DNA from: an uncultured Elusimicrobia bacterium
GTDB lineage: Bacteria > Elusimicrobiota > Endomicrobiia > DTEH01
Direction: 5' to 3'
Length of the DNA stretch: 64,000 nt
NCBI GenBank assembly: GCA_964508565.1
Contig: CAZDUB010000007.1
Coordinates: 25,681 to 89,680 of the forward strand
Shown piece after piece: positions 1 to 10,228 of this stretch. Under the pieces are notes generated by a model that made no database searches, had not been told where the DNA came from, and saw only the letters and a list, made by a program, of their open reading frames with translations. Positions within the stretch are counted from its first letter, which is position 1; the number at the start of each line of letters is the position of its first letter. The translations under genes were made by a program, and so were the position numbers.

Positions 1-2068
1 TACCATTACCACTTTCTGGGATATCTAAATTATCATCTTGGAAAAGACTAGGAAATTTTTCATACTTCCAAAAAAATTGTAACAATACAGTGGCAATAGT
101 AGTAGTATATTTATTGTAGTCACCTGCATCATGCCAACCCCCTCTAAAGTATCCCGGCTGAACCACTTTTAATGCTGTACCTATTGTGTCGCTTCCACCC
201 TTATTAGGAGTACCAGCATCAAATTTAGTTGTGGGCGCATCATTCCTTCTAAAGTATAAAGCATCATTAGTATGACACACATCATGGTACACCCCACTTA
301 TCTTATCGTTTATTCCTATTCCACATCTCTGTAAATAATAAGACCTAAATACAGTTTTAAAGACGTCATAATATACATCATCAGATATTCTAAACCAACA
401 AGAACGCCCTATACCTGGTACTTCTATACAATATACTCCAGGCGTAGTTAAACCGGAAAAATCAACTTCTTGTACATAATCCCAAGAATTTTCATCCCAC
501 TTTGGAGTGCCCAATTGAATATTTTCAAAACCACTTACTGGAGAATTTGTCTCTACATTAATTATTTTTGCAGTGGTAGCAGGATTTGATGGAGGTGTAC
601 CTTGAGAATTATAGCTATTCCAAAGAGTTGTATCACTATAAGTTACAAATGCTATCTTTTTACTATTTGGTAGGTAACCTATTTGGTCAACTTTAATTCT
701 ATTTGAAGCAACCCTAATTATTCCAACCACAGGATTAGAAGGCGTGTTTTTATTATCATAAGCTATCCATTCATAAATATGTTCTCCCCAACCAAGTTGA
801 CTACCTGTAACTTGAAATTTATATGTATTAGTAGTAGAATCATAAGTAGGAGTTTTTGGAGCCCCATCTATTTTTAAGGTAACATTAGAAATTGGATTTT
901 GTGTTTGAACAACTTTTACCTCTAGTGTAAATTGAGTATCAAAATCTCCATAAAGAGGAGCCAAAGGTGATACTTTATTTTCAATTATTGGTGGAGTATC
1001 ACCTCTTACTGAGACTGCTGCTACTACTTCTTCCGAATAATTTCCAGAGGCATCTTTTGCTTGCCAACTATATATGTAATCACCAACACCACCTAATTGT
1101 TCTCCTGTCAAGGAATATTCAAAAGTTGTACCTGATGCTCCTGTTTTAGAAAAGACGACATTTCCATTTATCTTCAAAGTTATTTCCACATTTTCATCTT
1201 CAGGATCTACTACAATACATCTAAAATTAAAAGTTGTGTTTAAAGTACCAGTAGAAGGAAAAGTTAAATCTTGTACTTCTGGTTTATTTTGTGTAACTTT
1301 TAGACTACCTACATAAACAGTAGTACTTCCAAAGATATCAACAGCCACCCACTTATAATTATGAACTCCAAGTGGCAGTGTTGTTTGGTAACTCCAAGAG
1401 CTACCAGAAGGTTTGGTTTGTGCAGGCAAAACTGTTTGGTTGTCAACTAATAAGCTTACAGTTAAGTCATATTCTTCAGGGTCTTCTGCGATACAGGAGA
1501 AATTAAAAGTTGTAGAAACATTTCCTATTTGTGGAGAAGTTTGATCAGAAATAATTGGAGGGTTATTGTAGCTAATTATATATTTAGAAGAAGATACTCC
1601 ATAACTAAAATCAGATGCTTGGTCTAAATAGTAATCTCTGGCAACAATGACAATATAATATTCTCCATCAGGGATGCTTTCTGGGATTGTAATCTTTACT
1701 GTATATGTTCCAGAATCACTTGGCAATCTTTTTCCATAATTACTACTTACAATTCCACTTCCGTTAGAAGAAACAGATGAACTCCCATCATCTGTAGTAA
1801 GATAATAATCAGGTGCAGGTGTTGATTGAGAAGCTGTTTTTTCAGCAATTTCATTAGCCGACAAACCTATTGCGTAGTATATAGTTTGTTGTCCAGGTTG
1901 ATTTCCCCCAGAATATGAAAAATTTATCGTATATGATTGAGCTTTAAGTAAATATTTCGGATTTCCATCAACATTAATATTTGAAATAACAATTGCAGGG
2001 AATAATTTAATAGAATTAAAAAAAAATAATAATATAAATAAAAATTTGACTAAAACATTTTTTTTCAT
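1..2068 (-). CDS. Secreted multidomain GH9 endoglucanase, 3'-truncated by the window edge. The reading frame is interrupted at 1742-1801.
   Basis: Own minus-strand translation; not in the ORF track. ATG at 2066-2068 with a signal-like N-terminus MKKNVLVKFLFILLFFFNSIKLFPA. I checked every tta/cta/tca triplet: the frame with codon low ends = 2 mod 3 is stop-free from 1741 to base 2. CelD-type Ig motif RIKVDQIGYLPNSKK at 656-700. GH9 signature GGWHDAGDYNKY at 107-142. IPESGNG at the edge. Confidence 0.8.
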   Translation of the reverse strand, partial: MKKNVLVKFLFILLFFFNSIKLFPAIVISNINVDGNPKYLLKAQSYTINFSYSGGNQPGQQTIYYAIGLSANEIAEKTASQSTPAPDYYLTTDDGSSSVSSNGSGIVSSNYGKRLPSDSGTYTVKITIPESIPDGEYYIVIVARDYYLDQASDFSYGVSSSKYIISYNNPPIISDQTSPQIGNVSTTFNFSCIAEDPEEYDLTVSLLVDNQTVLPAQTKPSGSSWSYQTTLPLGVHNYKWVAVDIFGSTTVYVGSLKVTQNKPEVQDLTFPSTGTLNTTFNFRCIVVDPEDENVEITLKINGNVVFSKTGASGTTFEYSLTGEQLGGVGDYIYSWQAKDASGNYSEEVVAAVSVRGDTPPIIENKVSPLAPLYGDFDTQFTLEVKVVQTQNPISNVTLKIDGAPKTPTYDSTTNTYKFQVTGSQLGWGEHIYEWIAYDNKNTPSNPVVGIIRVASNRIKVDQIGYLPNSKKIAFVTYSDTTLWNSYNSQGTPPSNPATTAKIINVETNSPVSGFENIQLGTPKWDENSWDYVQEVDFSGLTTPGVYCIEVPGIGRSCWFRISDDVYYDVFKTVFRSYYLQRCGIGINDKISGVYHDVCHTNDALYFRRNDAPTTKFDAGTPNKGGSDTIGTALKVVQPGYFRGGWHDAGDYNKYTTTIATVLLQFFWKYEKFPSLFQDDNLDIPESGNG

Positions 2069-2186
2069 TGTTTCTTTATCTTTTTAAAATTACGAAAACT
2101 TGTACTAACCTGTATTAATATGTACAAAACAAAAAAAATATTGTCAATAGTTATAAAGAAATATAAAATTTTATGCCTTCTATGAG

Positions 2187-3443
2187 TTAGTCTTTTATAG
2201 AAGAGACAACTTTATTTCTTCCTGTTTGTTTTGCTTTATAAAGCATGTTGTCAGCTGAGTTTATAAGTTGGTAGTAATCACTGCCATCAGCAGGAAAAGA
2301 ACTTACTCCTATACTAATTGTTATATTTAGTATAACATTGTTAAAATAAAACTTATTCTCTTCTACTTCTTTTCTTAAATTTTCGGCAATCTTTGTTGCT
2401 TCTTCTTTATCAGTATATGGGAGTAAAATCAAAAACTCTTCACCTCCCCACCTAGAAATTATACCTTTCCCTCCTATAAAATCCTTAAATAATTTAGCCA
2501 AATTAGATAAAACATTGTCACCCACTAAATGTCCATATGTATCATTGACTTTTTTAAAAAAGTCGATATCAATCATAAGAAGTGAATAAACAGTGTTATA
2601 CCTGTAAGCTCTAATAGTTTCTTCTTGTAGTTTCTTTACCATGTATCTTCTAAGATACAAAGAAGTCAAACCATCAATTCTTGACATTTCCTCTACTTCT
2701 TTAAAGAGTAAGGATCTTTTCAAAGTAGGTTTTACTTTTGAAAATATAAAGTCAACAAATTGTAAAAATTCAGCTTCTTCCTCAGTGGGGATATATTCTA
2801 CTATTATTCTTATTTCATGCTCATTAAATGAAAAATCAAATAAATAAACATTATACTCTCCAAACACAATAATATTTGTTTTCATACTAAAAGGTGATAA
2901 CTTACTTACATATTCTCTATGTTCAGGATATTCTATTATATCAACATTTTCTTTCCTTATACTTTTTACAAGCGAAATATATCTTATACATCCAGGGTAC
3001 AGACTTTTTATTTTATCATAAATATCTTTTATTATTCCTTCAACTTTTAGATTGTTGTTTATTTCTTGTATTAAATAAAATGTATTTAAAACCTTTTGTA
3101 ATCTTTTTTCTAAGTTTAAATATTGTTCTTTAACTTTTTTGTTTTCCTCAGATATACTTTTGTATTTGTTTTCTAATTCTTCTATTTGTGGTTGATAAAA
3201 CTTATCTTTTTTGCTCTGCTCAGAAAAATAATTTATATTATCTAAAACTAACAATACAAAGATTAAAAATGGAATAACAAAGAATTCTTTTAACGGAGCA
3301 ATCAAGTAGAAGATAAATAATACAATTAAAGAAATACAAACGCTTATTAAAAACTTATAACGAGATTTAATATATCTAAAAATTACCTCCAGTAATATAC
3401 AATAGACAACAACCAATATTGAATAAACTATACTTTTTGCCAT
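2187..3443 (-). CDS. Membrane-anchored diguanylate cyclase (GGDEF domain)
   Basis: 418-aa ORF. N-terminal hydrophobic helices, a coiled-coil stretch, and a C-terminal GGDEF domain with intact RWGGEEFLILLP and RIDGLTSLY. Confidence 0.85.
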   Translation of the reverse strand: MAKSIVYSILVVVYCILLEVIFRYIKSRYKFLISVCISLIVLFIFYLIAPLKEFFVIPFLIFVLLVLDNINYFSEQSKKDKFYQPQIEELENKYKSISEENKKVKEQYLNLEKRLQKVLNTFYLIQEINNNLKVEGIIKDIYDKIKSLYPGCIRYISLVKSIRKENVDIIEYPEHREYVSKLSPFSMKTNIIVFGEYNVYLFDFSFNEHEIRIIVEYIPTEEEAEFLQFVDFIFSKVKPTLKRSLLFKEVEEMSRIDGLTSLYLRRYMVKKLQEETIRAYRYNTVYSLLMIDIDFFKKVNDTYGHLVGDNVLSNLAKLFKDFIGGKGIISRWGGEEFLILLPYTDKEEATKIAENLRKEVEENKFYFNNVILNITISIGVSSFPADGSDYYQLINSADNMLYKAKQTGRNKVVSSIKD

Positions 3444-4858
3444 ATCGTTATTTTATTTTTCCCTTCAGTTTTTGACTTATACAAAAGTTTGTCAACTTCA
3501 TTTATAAACTCTTCAACAGAATAGTTGTAGTTTGACCTATATTCTATTACACCTCCTGAGATGGTAAATTTAACACGCGACAAAGAAGAAATACCATCTG
3601 GTATAGGTTTCGGCACAACAATAGATTCATTTAAAACTATATTTCTTAATTCCTCACATATTTTAGCCGCATCTTGTAGTTTTGTATCTGGGAATATTAC
3701 AGTAAATTCATCTCCACCATATCTACATATCTTGTCTACTTCTCTTAAGCGTTTTCTTAAAATTTCTGAAAATTTGACAAGAACCATATCCCCTATGTTA
3801 TGCCCATAAGTATCATTTATTTGTTTAAAATTATCTATATCAAACATTGCCAAGCTTATTACTCTGTTGTGGTATTTTACTCTATTTATTTCTTCCTCCA
3901 AAATTTCTTTAAAATATTTATGTACATATAATCCAGTTAATGTATCTGTAATAGCAAGATTTTGAGTGTATTCTATTAATTTTAAGTTAGATAAAGATAT
4001 TTCCAAATAGCTACAAAAAATTGATATTAATCTTAGATTGTCTTCATTTATTTTGTTAGGTGACATTATTATTAAATATCCAACATTCAAAGTTTCTCCA
4101 CATATTTTTAACGGAAATGCAAGCAATGAAATAAAATTAAAATTTTTTGAAGAAGATATTATTTGTTTTTTTATTATATTATTCACCACTTGGGAATTAA
4201 TATTTTGTATAAAAAAATATCTATCTTCACCCTTAATATAATTTATAATTTCTTTTTCTAAAGAATTCTCAGGAATCTCTGTTTGATTCATATAAATTCC
4301 CACATACGAATTAGGAAAAATCTTGTGTAACAAATTCAATGCATAGTTTTTTACAACAGATATTGAAGAAGATCCACTCAAAGATGTAATAAAGTTTTCA
4401 ACTATTCTAAAATTATCTATCATCTCATTAATATTTAAAATTTTTGTTTGTAGTTCTTTAGTATCATTACTAATGGCAGATATTTCGGTCTGTAGATTTT
4501 CTATTTTTTCAACAAATGAAGTATCATAAACTTCTATTTCCCAAGATTTTTTCTGTAAAAATAAAAAATACAAAACTATAAATATTGTTTCAAAAAACAC
4601 CAATATTTTGTCAATCCACACACTATAATATGGTTGATAATTATGAAGCAAAATGATTGAACCTGTTAAAAATAGAGAAGAGATTAATATAAAGATCTCT
4701 AATTCTTTATCTTTTATAAGATGAGCAATTAACAACGATACAAGAAGATTAAGAAAAATTATATTAACATAAATAGGAAACTTTATTATAAACCATATAG
4801 TAAATACTAGTATTGCATAAACAAAAAGTTTGATTAAAAAAATAAGGAAATCTTTCAT
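3428..4858 (-). CDS. Membrane sensor diguanylate cyclase (GGDEF domain with RxxD I-site)
   Basis: 476-aa ORF. Multiple N-terminal TM helices and a central sensor-like region. RYGGDEF is preceded by REVD five residues upstream. The 3' end overlaps the next GGDEF gene by 16 nt. Confidence 0.85.
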   Translation of the reverse strand: MKDFLIFLIKLFVYAILVFTIWFIIKFPIYVNIIFLNLLVSLLIAHLIKDKELEIFILISSLFLTGSIILLHNYQPYYSVWIDKILVFFETIFIVLYFLFLQKKSWEIEVYDTSFVEKIENLQTEISAISNDTKELQTKILNINEMIDNFRIVENFITSLSGSSSISVVKNYALNLLHKIFPNSYVGIYMNQTEIPENSLEKEIINYIKGEDRYFFIQNINSQVVNNIIKKQIISSSKNFNFISLLAFPLKICGETLNVGYLIIMSPNKINEDNLRLISIFCSYLEISLSNLKLIEYTQNLAITDTLTGLYVHKYFKEILEEEINRVKYHNRVISLAMFDIDNFKQINDTYGHNIGDMVLVKFSEILRKRLREVDKICRYGGDEFTVIFPDTKLQDAAKICEELRNIVLNESIVVPKPIPDGISSLSRVKFTISGGVIEYRSNYNYSVEEFINEVDKLLYKSKTEGKNKITIWQKV

Positions 4859-4911
4859 TGTTATCTTTTACAACAACTTTTGTAAGGAAAGAGCAATATA
4901 AAGACAAAATT

Positions 4912-5760
4912 TTATCCTTTAACTGCACCTGCAGTTAATCCTTTAATAATGTGTTTTTGCATTGCAAAGAATAAAATAATTACAGGAAGAGTAGCTACAG
5001 TAGAAGCTGCCATCATCAAATCATACCTGTTTTGATAGTTTCCTACAAAAAGCCTAATACCTACAGGAATAGTCATTGTATCAGCATTAGTTAAAACCCA
5101 TGCAAACATTAGTTCATCCCATGCAGTGAGAAATATATATATACCTGTGGCAGTAATACCAGGTGCTGCTAACGGTAAAACAATTTTCAAAAAAATTTGT
5201 AACCTAGAACATCCATCTATCAAAGCAGCTTCTTCAATCTCGTAAGGTATGGAAGCAAAAAATCCTTGTAAAATCCATACACTAAATGGTACAAAAAATG
5301 TAGAATAAACAAATATCAACCCTGGAAAAGTTCCTATAAGTCGGATATTAGTTAAATTATGAAATTTAACAAACATTAAATATATAGGTATCAAAAACAT
5401 GATTCCAGGAACCATTTGTGTTGCCAAGATAGAATCGTTAATAACTCTCTTTCCTGGGAATTTAAACCTACTTAAGCTATATGAAGCTAATGTAGCTAAA
5501 GTCATAGCTATTAACATTGTTAATCCACATACTATAAAACTATTTCTTAAATAAAGCCCAAAATTTATATTTCTCCACATATCTATGTAATTTTCAAACC
5601 TAAACTTTGTAGGCCACAGTAAACTTTTACCTGTTAATATTTCTGTATTATCCTTAAATGAGTTTATAACCATCCAATAAACAGGAAAGAGTGTACCTAC
5701 TAAAATAATTATTAAAAGAAAATAAAATAAAAAGTTTTGAGAAATTTTTTTCATTACCAC
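4912..5760 (-). CDS. CUT1-family ABC sugar permease (MalG/UgpE-like)
   Basis: 282-aa polytopic ORF. EAA-loop motif EEAALIDGCSRLQIF. Overlaps the upstream permease by 7 nt. Confidence 0.85.
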   Translation of the reverse strand: MVMKKISQNFLFYFLLIIILVGTLFPVYWMVINSFKDNTEILTGKSLLWPTKFRFENYIDMWRNINFGLYLRNSFIVCGLTMLIAMTLATLASYSLSRFKFPGKRVINDSILATQMVPGIMFLIPIYLMFVKFHNLTNIRLIGTFPGLIFVYSTFFVPFSVWILQGFFASIPYEIEEAALIDGCSRLQIFLKIVLPLAAPGITATGIYIFLTAWDELMFAWVLTNADTMTIPVGIRLFVGNYQNRYDLMMAASTVATLPVIILFFAMQKHIIKGLTAGAVKG

Positions 5761-6680
5761 TTCTCCCTAAATATTTTATACCAAATTGCTACTATACCAA
5801 TCATTACAAGCATTAATACTATAGAAGCAGCAGCACCTTTACTGTATTGCCAAAGCTGAAACGAGTTTCTAAATATATTAGTCATCAAAAGGTCACCCCA
5901 CTCACCTGGGAAACCTGCACCGTGTCCAAACATCATAATTACTATGTTAAAAGAGTATACATTAGTAATTAAACTTACTAAAATTAATGTAGACCATACT
6001 GGTTTTAAAGAAGGTATTGTAATATGCCAAAATTTCTGCCATTCATTCGCACCATCTATAGAGGCCGATTCATAAAGTTCATCTGGAATTGTTTGAAGTC
6101 CAGCTAAAAGCATAAGCATTGAAAATGGCCAGTATCTCCATACTGTAGGTATAATTATTGCCCATAAAGTATTTGGGCCCATCAACCAAAAGGGTGGTTT
6201 TTCAACCAAATTCAATTTAGTTAGAATGTAGTTTACAACTCCTATTTCATGGTTCCATATAAAAGCCCATAACAACCCTGTGACATAAGTAGGTACAATC
6301 CAAGGAAACAAAAACAAGGTTCTAACTAATCTTCTTCCATAAAAATTTTTATTCAACATTAAAGCAACTATCATTCCTATTGTTAAAGTCCCACCGGTTA
6401 CACCAATTGTATATATTATGGTATTTCTTACGGCTTGAAGTAATCCAATTCTTATTGTACTTTTTGGATTAAACAACACATCAAAATAATTTTTAAAGCC
6501 TACAAAAGGGGCTGATAAATACTTAACTAGCGTATATTGATTGAGATCTAAAAAACTCATTATTAATCCAATTGTCATAGGGATAAAATGAATTATTAAC
6601 ATTCCCAACAACATTGGCATTAAAAATAAATAAGCGTAACTTTTATTTTTTATCTCTTGAATAGTGCTTTTTAAACTCAT
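5754..6680 (-). CDS. CUT1-family ABC sugar permease (MalF/UgpA-like)
   Basis: 308-aa polytopic ORF with EAA-loop motif YESASIDGANEWQKFWHITIP. Confidence 0.85.
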   Translation of the reverse strand: MSLKSTIQEIKNKSYAYLFLMPMLLGMLIIHFIPMTIGLIMSFLDLNQYTLVKYLSAPFVGFKNYFDVLFNPKSTIRIGLLQAVRNTIIYTIGVTGGTLTIGMIVALMLNKNFYGRRLVRTLFLFPWIVPTYVTGLLWAFIWNHEIGVVNYILTKLNLVEKPPFWLMGPNTLWAIIIPTVWRYWPFSMLMLLAGLQTIPDELYESASIDGANEWQKFWHITIPSLKPVWSTLILVSLITNVYSFNIVIMMFGHGAGFPGEWGDLLMTNIFRNSFQLWQYSKGAAASIVLMLVMIGIVAIWYKIFREKW

Positions 6681-6683
6681 TTA

Positions 6684-9041
6684 TTATTCTCCACCTAAAA
6701 GAATTTTCACATGATAGTTTAAATTTTTTGTTTCTATTTTTATAATATTTGAATTTATTTGTCTACTATTTAGAAAAATTTTTTTTATTTTATTTCCCTT
6801 CCCAACTCTTTCTATTTCTATATCAATCCAGTTGTCTCTGAAATATCTTTTAATTTTTACTTTTTTCCAGTTATCAGGAATACATGGAGAAATTTTTAAA
6901 CCATCATAAACAGGTTGTATTCCCAATATATATTGAGTAGCAGCTACATACATCCAGGAAGCTGTACCTGTAAGCCAAGAGTTTCTACCTAAACCAAATT
7001 CTGGATGTTCATCTGATGCTATCATTTGACAATAGACATACGGTTCAACTTTATGTAGATTAACATTTCTTAATCTATTTACTGGATTTAATGAATCAAA
7101 GTATTTATATGCTCTTTCTGCATTCCCTAACATACATTCGCTTATAATTGCCCATGTATTTGAATGACAAAAAATAGCAGCATTTTCTTTTAATCCAGGC
7201 GGGAAAGAACTCATAGCTCCTACATCTTCATCGAACTCTCTATATGCAGGAAAGAAAAGTTTAAGGCCATACTTACAGAATAAATATTTGTAAACATTAT
7301 CAAGTGCGATTCTATTTTTATTTAAATTGGAGATATTACTTAATACAGCCCAAGTATTAGTATTTAGATATATTTTGCAATATTTTTCATCTTTAGTACC
7401 AATTTTTCTACTCTGGTTAGTATAAGCACATAAATACCATTCACCATCCCAACAGTATTTATCAAAACTTTCTTTTATTTTTTTACTATGTTCTTTATAT
7501 TCTTTAGCTTCTTGTTCGTAGCCAAGATATTCACACAACTCTACAAAATCATTCAAAGCTTTATAAAGAAGTTCAGTAGTCCATACACTTTCTCCGCCTT
7601 CTTTCAAGTTTAGACAATCATTCCAATCAGCTCTTAAGGCTAAAGATAAACCATGTTTACCTAATTTATTTAAAGCATAATTTAAAACTCTTTTTAAGTG
7701 TTCAAACAAACTACCTTCACCACCATCAAAATAAGGTACTACTTCATCCAAAATCTTAAAGTCATTTGTTTCTTTAATATAAGCAGTAGTAGACAATACC
7801 AACCATAAATGGTCATCCGAATAATCATGCCCTCCTGTACCTGTATTTGTGATTGGTTGGAAAGTATGACATGCTGAACCATCATTATAGACAGCAGAAG
7901 CTAAAGCCAAAATTCTATTTCTTACTTTTTGTGGTTCAGCATGGATTATTGAAAGTACATCTTGATTACTATCTCTATATCCTAACCCATCTCTATGAGT
8001 TCCTGTTTCATAATATGAAGCAGAACGAGACCATTTAAAAGTAGTGTTACATTGATAAGGTAACCATATGTTTATTATTGTATTAAATTTTTCATCTGGC
8101 GTCTCTACTTGAAATTTCCCTAAAATTGAATCCCAATAATTTTTTAATTTTTCAAACTCACTGTCAACATTTGTTAAATCTGAATACTTTTGTTTAAACT
8201 TTTTACCTTCTATCTCGGCACTTCCATAACCAACTGCAAAAACTATTCGCTTTGTTTGTTTTGGTTTAAGAGTTACCTTTAAGTGATAGCTAGCACATGG
8301 GTTACCACCTGAAATAAGAGAATTTTTACACTTGCCTGCTTCTACAGCAATAGGATTTGATTCATCGTTATGTTCACCAATAAAAACCTCTCTATTTGTA
8401 TCAAAAGAAACAAACTTTTCTGTAGTAAATGCAAATACATTTTTTACCTCTCCATTAGCAAACAAACAATTATGTTCAATTATACCTTCTTTGTTTATAG
8501 TAGTTCTGGCAATATTTTGAATATATTGTAAATCAGTCAAATCACCCATTGCATCAAACAAACAAAACTCAGCATAAGAAAAAATATCTACATTTCTCTG
8601 TTTATTTGACAAATTTTCTAACTTTAAAACCCAAAGTTCTAATGATTCTTTTAAAGGAACAAAGTATAAAACTTCACTTTTAATTTTATTATGTTCACAA
8701 AAAATTTTTGTATATCCAAGACCATGGACAGTAATATATTTGTATTTCTTAAGGTCTCTTCTTGTCGGCTGCCAAGAAGTGGACCAATAGTCGTTTTTTT
8801 CTTTAATATATATGTATCTTCCTGGCCTATCCATTGGAATATTATTATATCTATACCTCAATATCCTGAAACTTTTTGGGGATTTATAAAAACTATATCC
8901 ACCAGCATTGTTGGAGATCATTGCACAATAATCATCTGCACCTAAATAATTTAACCACGGAGTAGGGGTTTTTGGATTTTTTATAATAAACTCTTTATTT
9001 TTGTTATCAAAATAAAAATCAGGATTTTTTGGTATTTTCAT
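6684..9041 (-). CDS. GH94 beta-glycan phosphorylase of cellobiose/chitobiose/cellobionic-acid phosphorylase size class
   Basis: 785 aa. The N-terminus FIIKNPKTPTPWLNYLG matches the GH94 start motif. A catalytic-Asp-type motif LRADWNDCLN is present. Substrate cannot be assigned by eye. Confidence 0.8.
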   Translation of the reverse strand: MKIPKNPDFYFDNKNKEFIIKNPKTPTPWLNYLGADDYCAMISNNAGGYSFYKSPKSFRILRYRYNNIPMDRPGRYIYIKEKNDYWSTSWQPTRRDLKKYKYITVHGLGYTKIFCEHNKIKSEVLYFVPLKESLELWVLKLENLSNKQRNVDIFSYAEFCLFDAMGDLTDLQYIQNIARTTINKEGIIEHNCLFANGEVKNVFAFTTEKFVSFDTNREVFIGEHNDESNPIAVEAGKCKNSLISGGNPCASYHLKVTLKPKQTKRIVFAVGYGSAEIEGKKFKQKYSDLTNVDSEFEKLKNYWDSILGKFQVETPDEKFNTIINIWLPYQCNTTFKWSRSASYYETGTHRDGLGYRDSNQDVLSIIHAEPQKVRNRILALASAVYNDGSACHTFQPITNTGTGGHDYSDDHLWLVLSTTAYIKETNDFKILDEVVPYFDGGEGSLFEHLKRVLNYALNKLGKHGLSLALRADWNDCLNLKEGGESVWTTELLYKALNDFVELCEYLGYEQEAKEYKEHSKKIKESFDKYCWDGEWYLCAYTNQSRKIGTKDEKYCKIYLNTNTWAVLSNISNLNKNRIALDNVYKYLFCKYGLKLFFPAYREFDEDVGAMSSFPPGLKENAAIFCHSNTWAIISECMLGNAERAYKYFDSLNPVNRLRNVNLHKVEPYVYCQMIASDEHPEFGLGRNSWLTGTASWMYVAATQYILGIQPVYDGLKISPCIPDNWKKVKIKRYFRDNWIDIEIERVGKGNKIKKIFLNSRQINSNIIKIETKNLNYHVKILLGGE

Positions 9042-9071
9042 ATTCCAACTCCTTCTTATGACATAAAACGA

Positions 9072-10193
9072 TTAAAAACTATCTTCAATATCTATTGCAC
9101 CGAACACAAAAGAACCTTTTATTCCTCCCATAATGAAAGAAAGGTTAGATAGATATTTTATCTTACACCATTTTAGAAATTTTTTGGTTGGTTTTAATTT
9201 AATAAGTGGTGAGAAATAAATTATTGCGAATAATAAAGTTAAAGATAAAAATAATAATGTTGTTTTCCATCTAAATACTATACTTAAAATTGTCAGCAAA
9301 AAAAAGATATTTAAGAAATGAAAGTTCCCCAAATATATGTTACCTTTTATAAAGAATGGAATTGGAATATAAATATATTTACCAAATAAGTTTATGCAAA
9401 TTTCTAAAACTTGTTTTGCATGTTTTTTTATTAGAAGTGGATGTCCATACCCGTATCCATAAACTTGTTTTCTAAATTGTTGCAAATTAGCTCTGTGTAT
9501 ATGAGAAACGATAGCTGATGGCTTATAATACAATTTAAATCCATTTTTATTTATTCTTATGTTGAAATCAACATCTTCTCCTGTTATTTCATCCCAAAAT
9601 TTATTCCCAACTGACAACAATGCTTCTCTTCTTACTGCCACATTTGCTGTAGCAAAAAAGCTACTGTGAATATTCCCATTTACTTCATGTGGTAAAAAAG
9701 TTTTTAAATCTGGGAAATATCCTTCCTCCTTGACACCACATCTCCCGTTAACACTTAAGAATCTTATAAATTCTAAATATTTTTCTATATCATTTCCATC
9801 ATTAACAGTTAAGGTATGGATTTCTCCTCCAACTATACCTATTTTATCATCTTGAAAGAAAGGTGATATTATTTGTGTAGCCCAATCCTCCTTAACTATA
9901 CAATCCGCATCTGTAAATAAAATAAAATCACCTTTTACTATTTCTAAAGCTTTATTTCTTGCCTCTCCAGGTGATTTGCAGTTTTTTAGTTCTATTATAA
10001 TAATTTGAGGAATCTTTTCTTTTTGCCACTTATAAAGAATTTCTAGAGTTTTATCTTTGCTGCCACCATCTACATAAATAACCTCAAGTTTGTCTTTAGG
10101 ATAATCTAATTTTAATATGGACTCTAAATGTTTTTCTATAGTCCTTTCTGCATTTTTTACTGGAACTATAATTGAAATAAATTTATCTTTCAT
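9072..10193 (-). CDS. GT2-family glycosyltransferase with a C-terminal membrane domain
   Basis: 373 aa. GT-A motifs IIVPVKN, YVDGGSKDKT, FTDADC, GEDVDF and LQQFRKQ, followed by about 3 hydrophobic helices. Confidence 0.75.
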   Translation of the reverse strand: MKDKFISIIVPVKNAERTIEKHLESILKLDYPKDKLEVIYVDGGSKDKTLEILYKWQKEKIPQIIIIELKNCKSPGEARNKALEIVKGDFILFTDADCIVKEDWATQIISPFFQDDKIGIVGGEIHTLTVNDGNDIEKYLEFIRFLSVNGRCGVKEEGYFPDLKTFLPHEVNGNIHSSFFATANVAVRREALLSVGNKFWDEITGEDVDFNIRINKNGFKLYYKPSAIVSHIHRANLQQFRKQVYGYGYGHPLLIKKHAKQVLEICINLFGKYIYIPIPFFIKGNIYLGNFHFLNIFFLLTILSIVFRWKTTLLFLSLTLLFAIIYFSPLIKLKPTKKFLKWCKIKYLSNLSFIMGGIKGSFVFGAIDIEDSF

Positions 10194-10228
10194 AGTATCA
10201 GAGAACTCCTTTCTTAAATTTCAAAAAT

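Noticed and set aside
1742-1801. Splice-like signals (CCTTACTACAG and GTAAGTAG) at the ends of the 60-nt GH9 segment
   Set aside because: The acceptor-like motif comes before the donor-like motif, the context is bacterial, and no group I or II intron structure could fit in 60 nt. I treat this as coincidence in AT-rich sequence.
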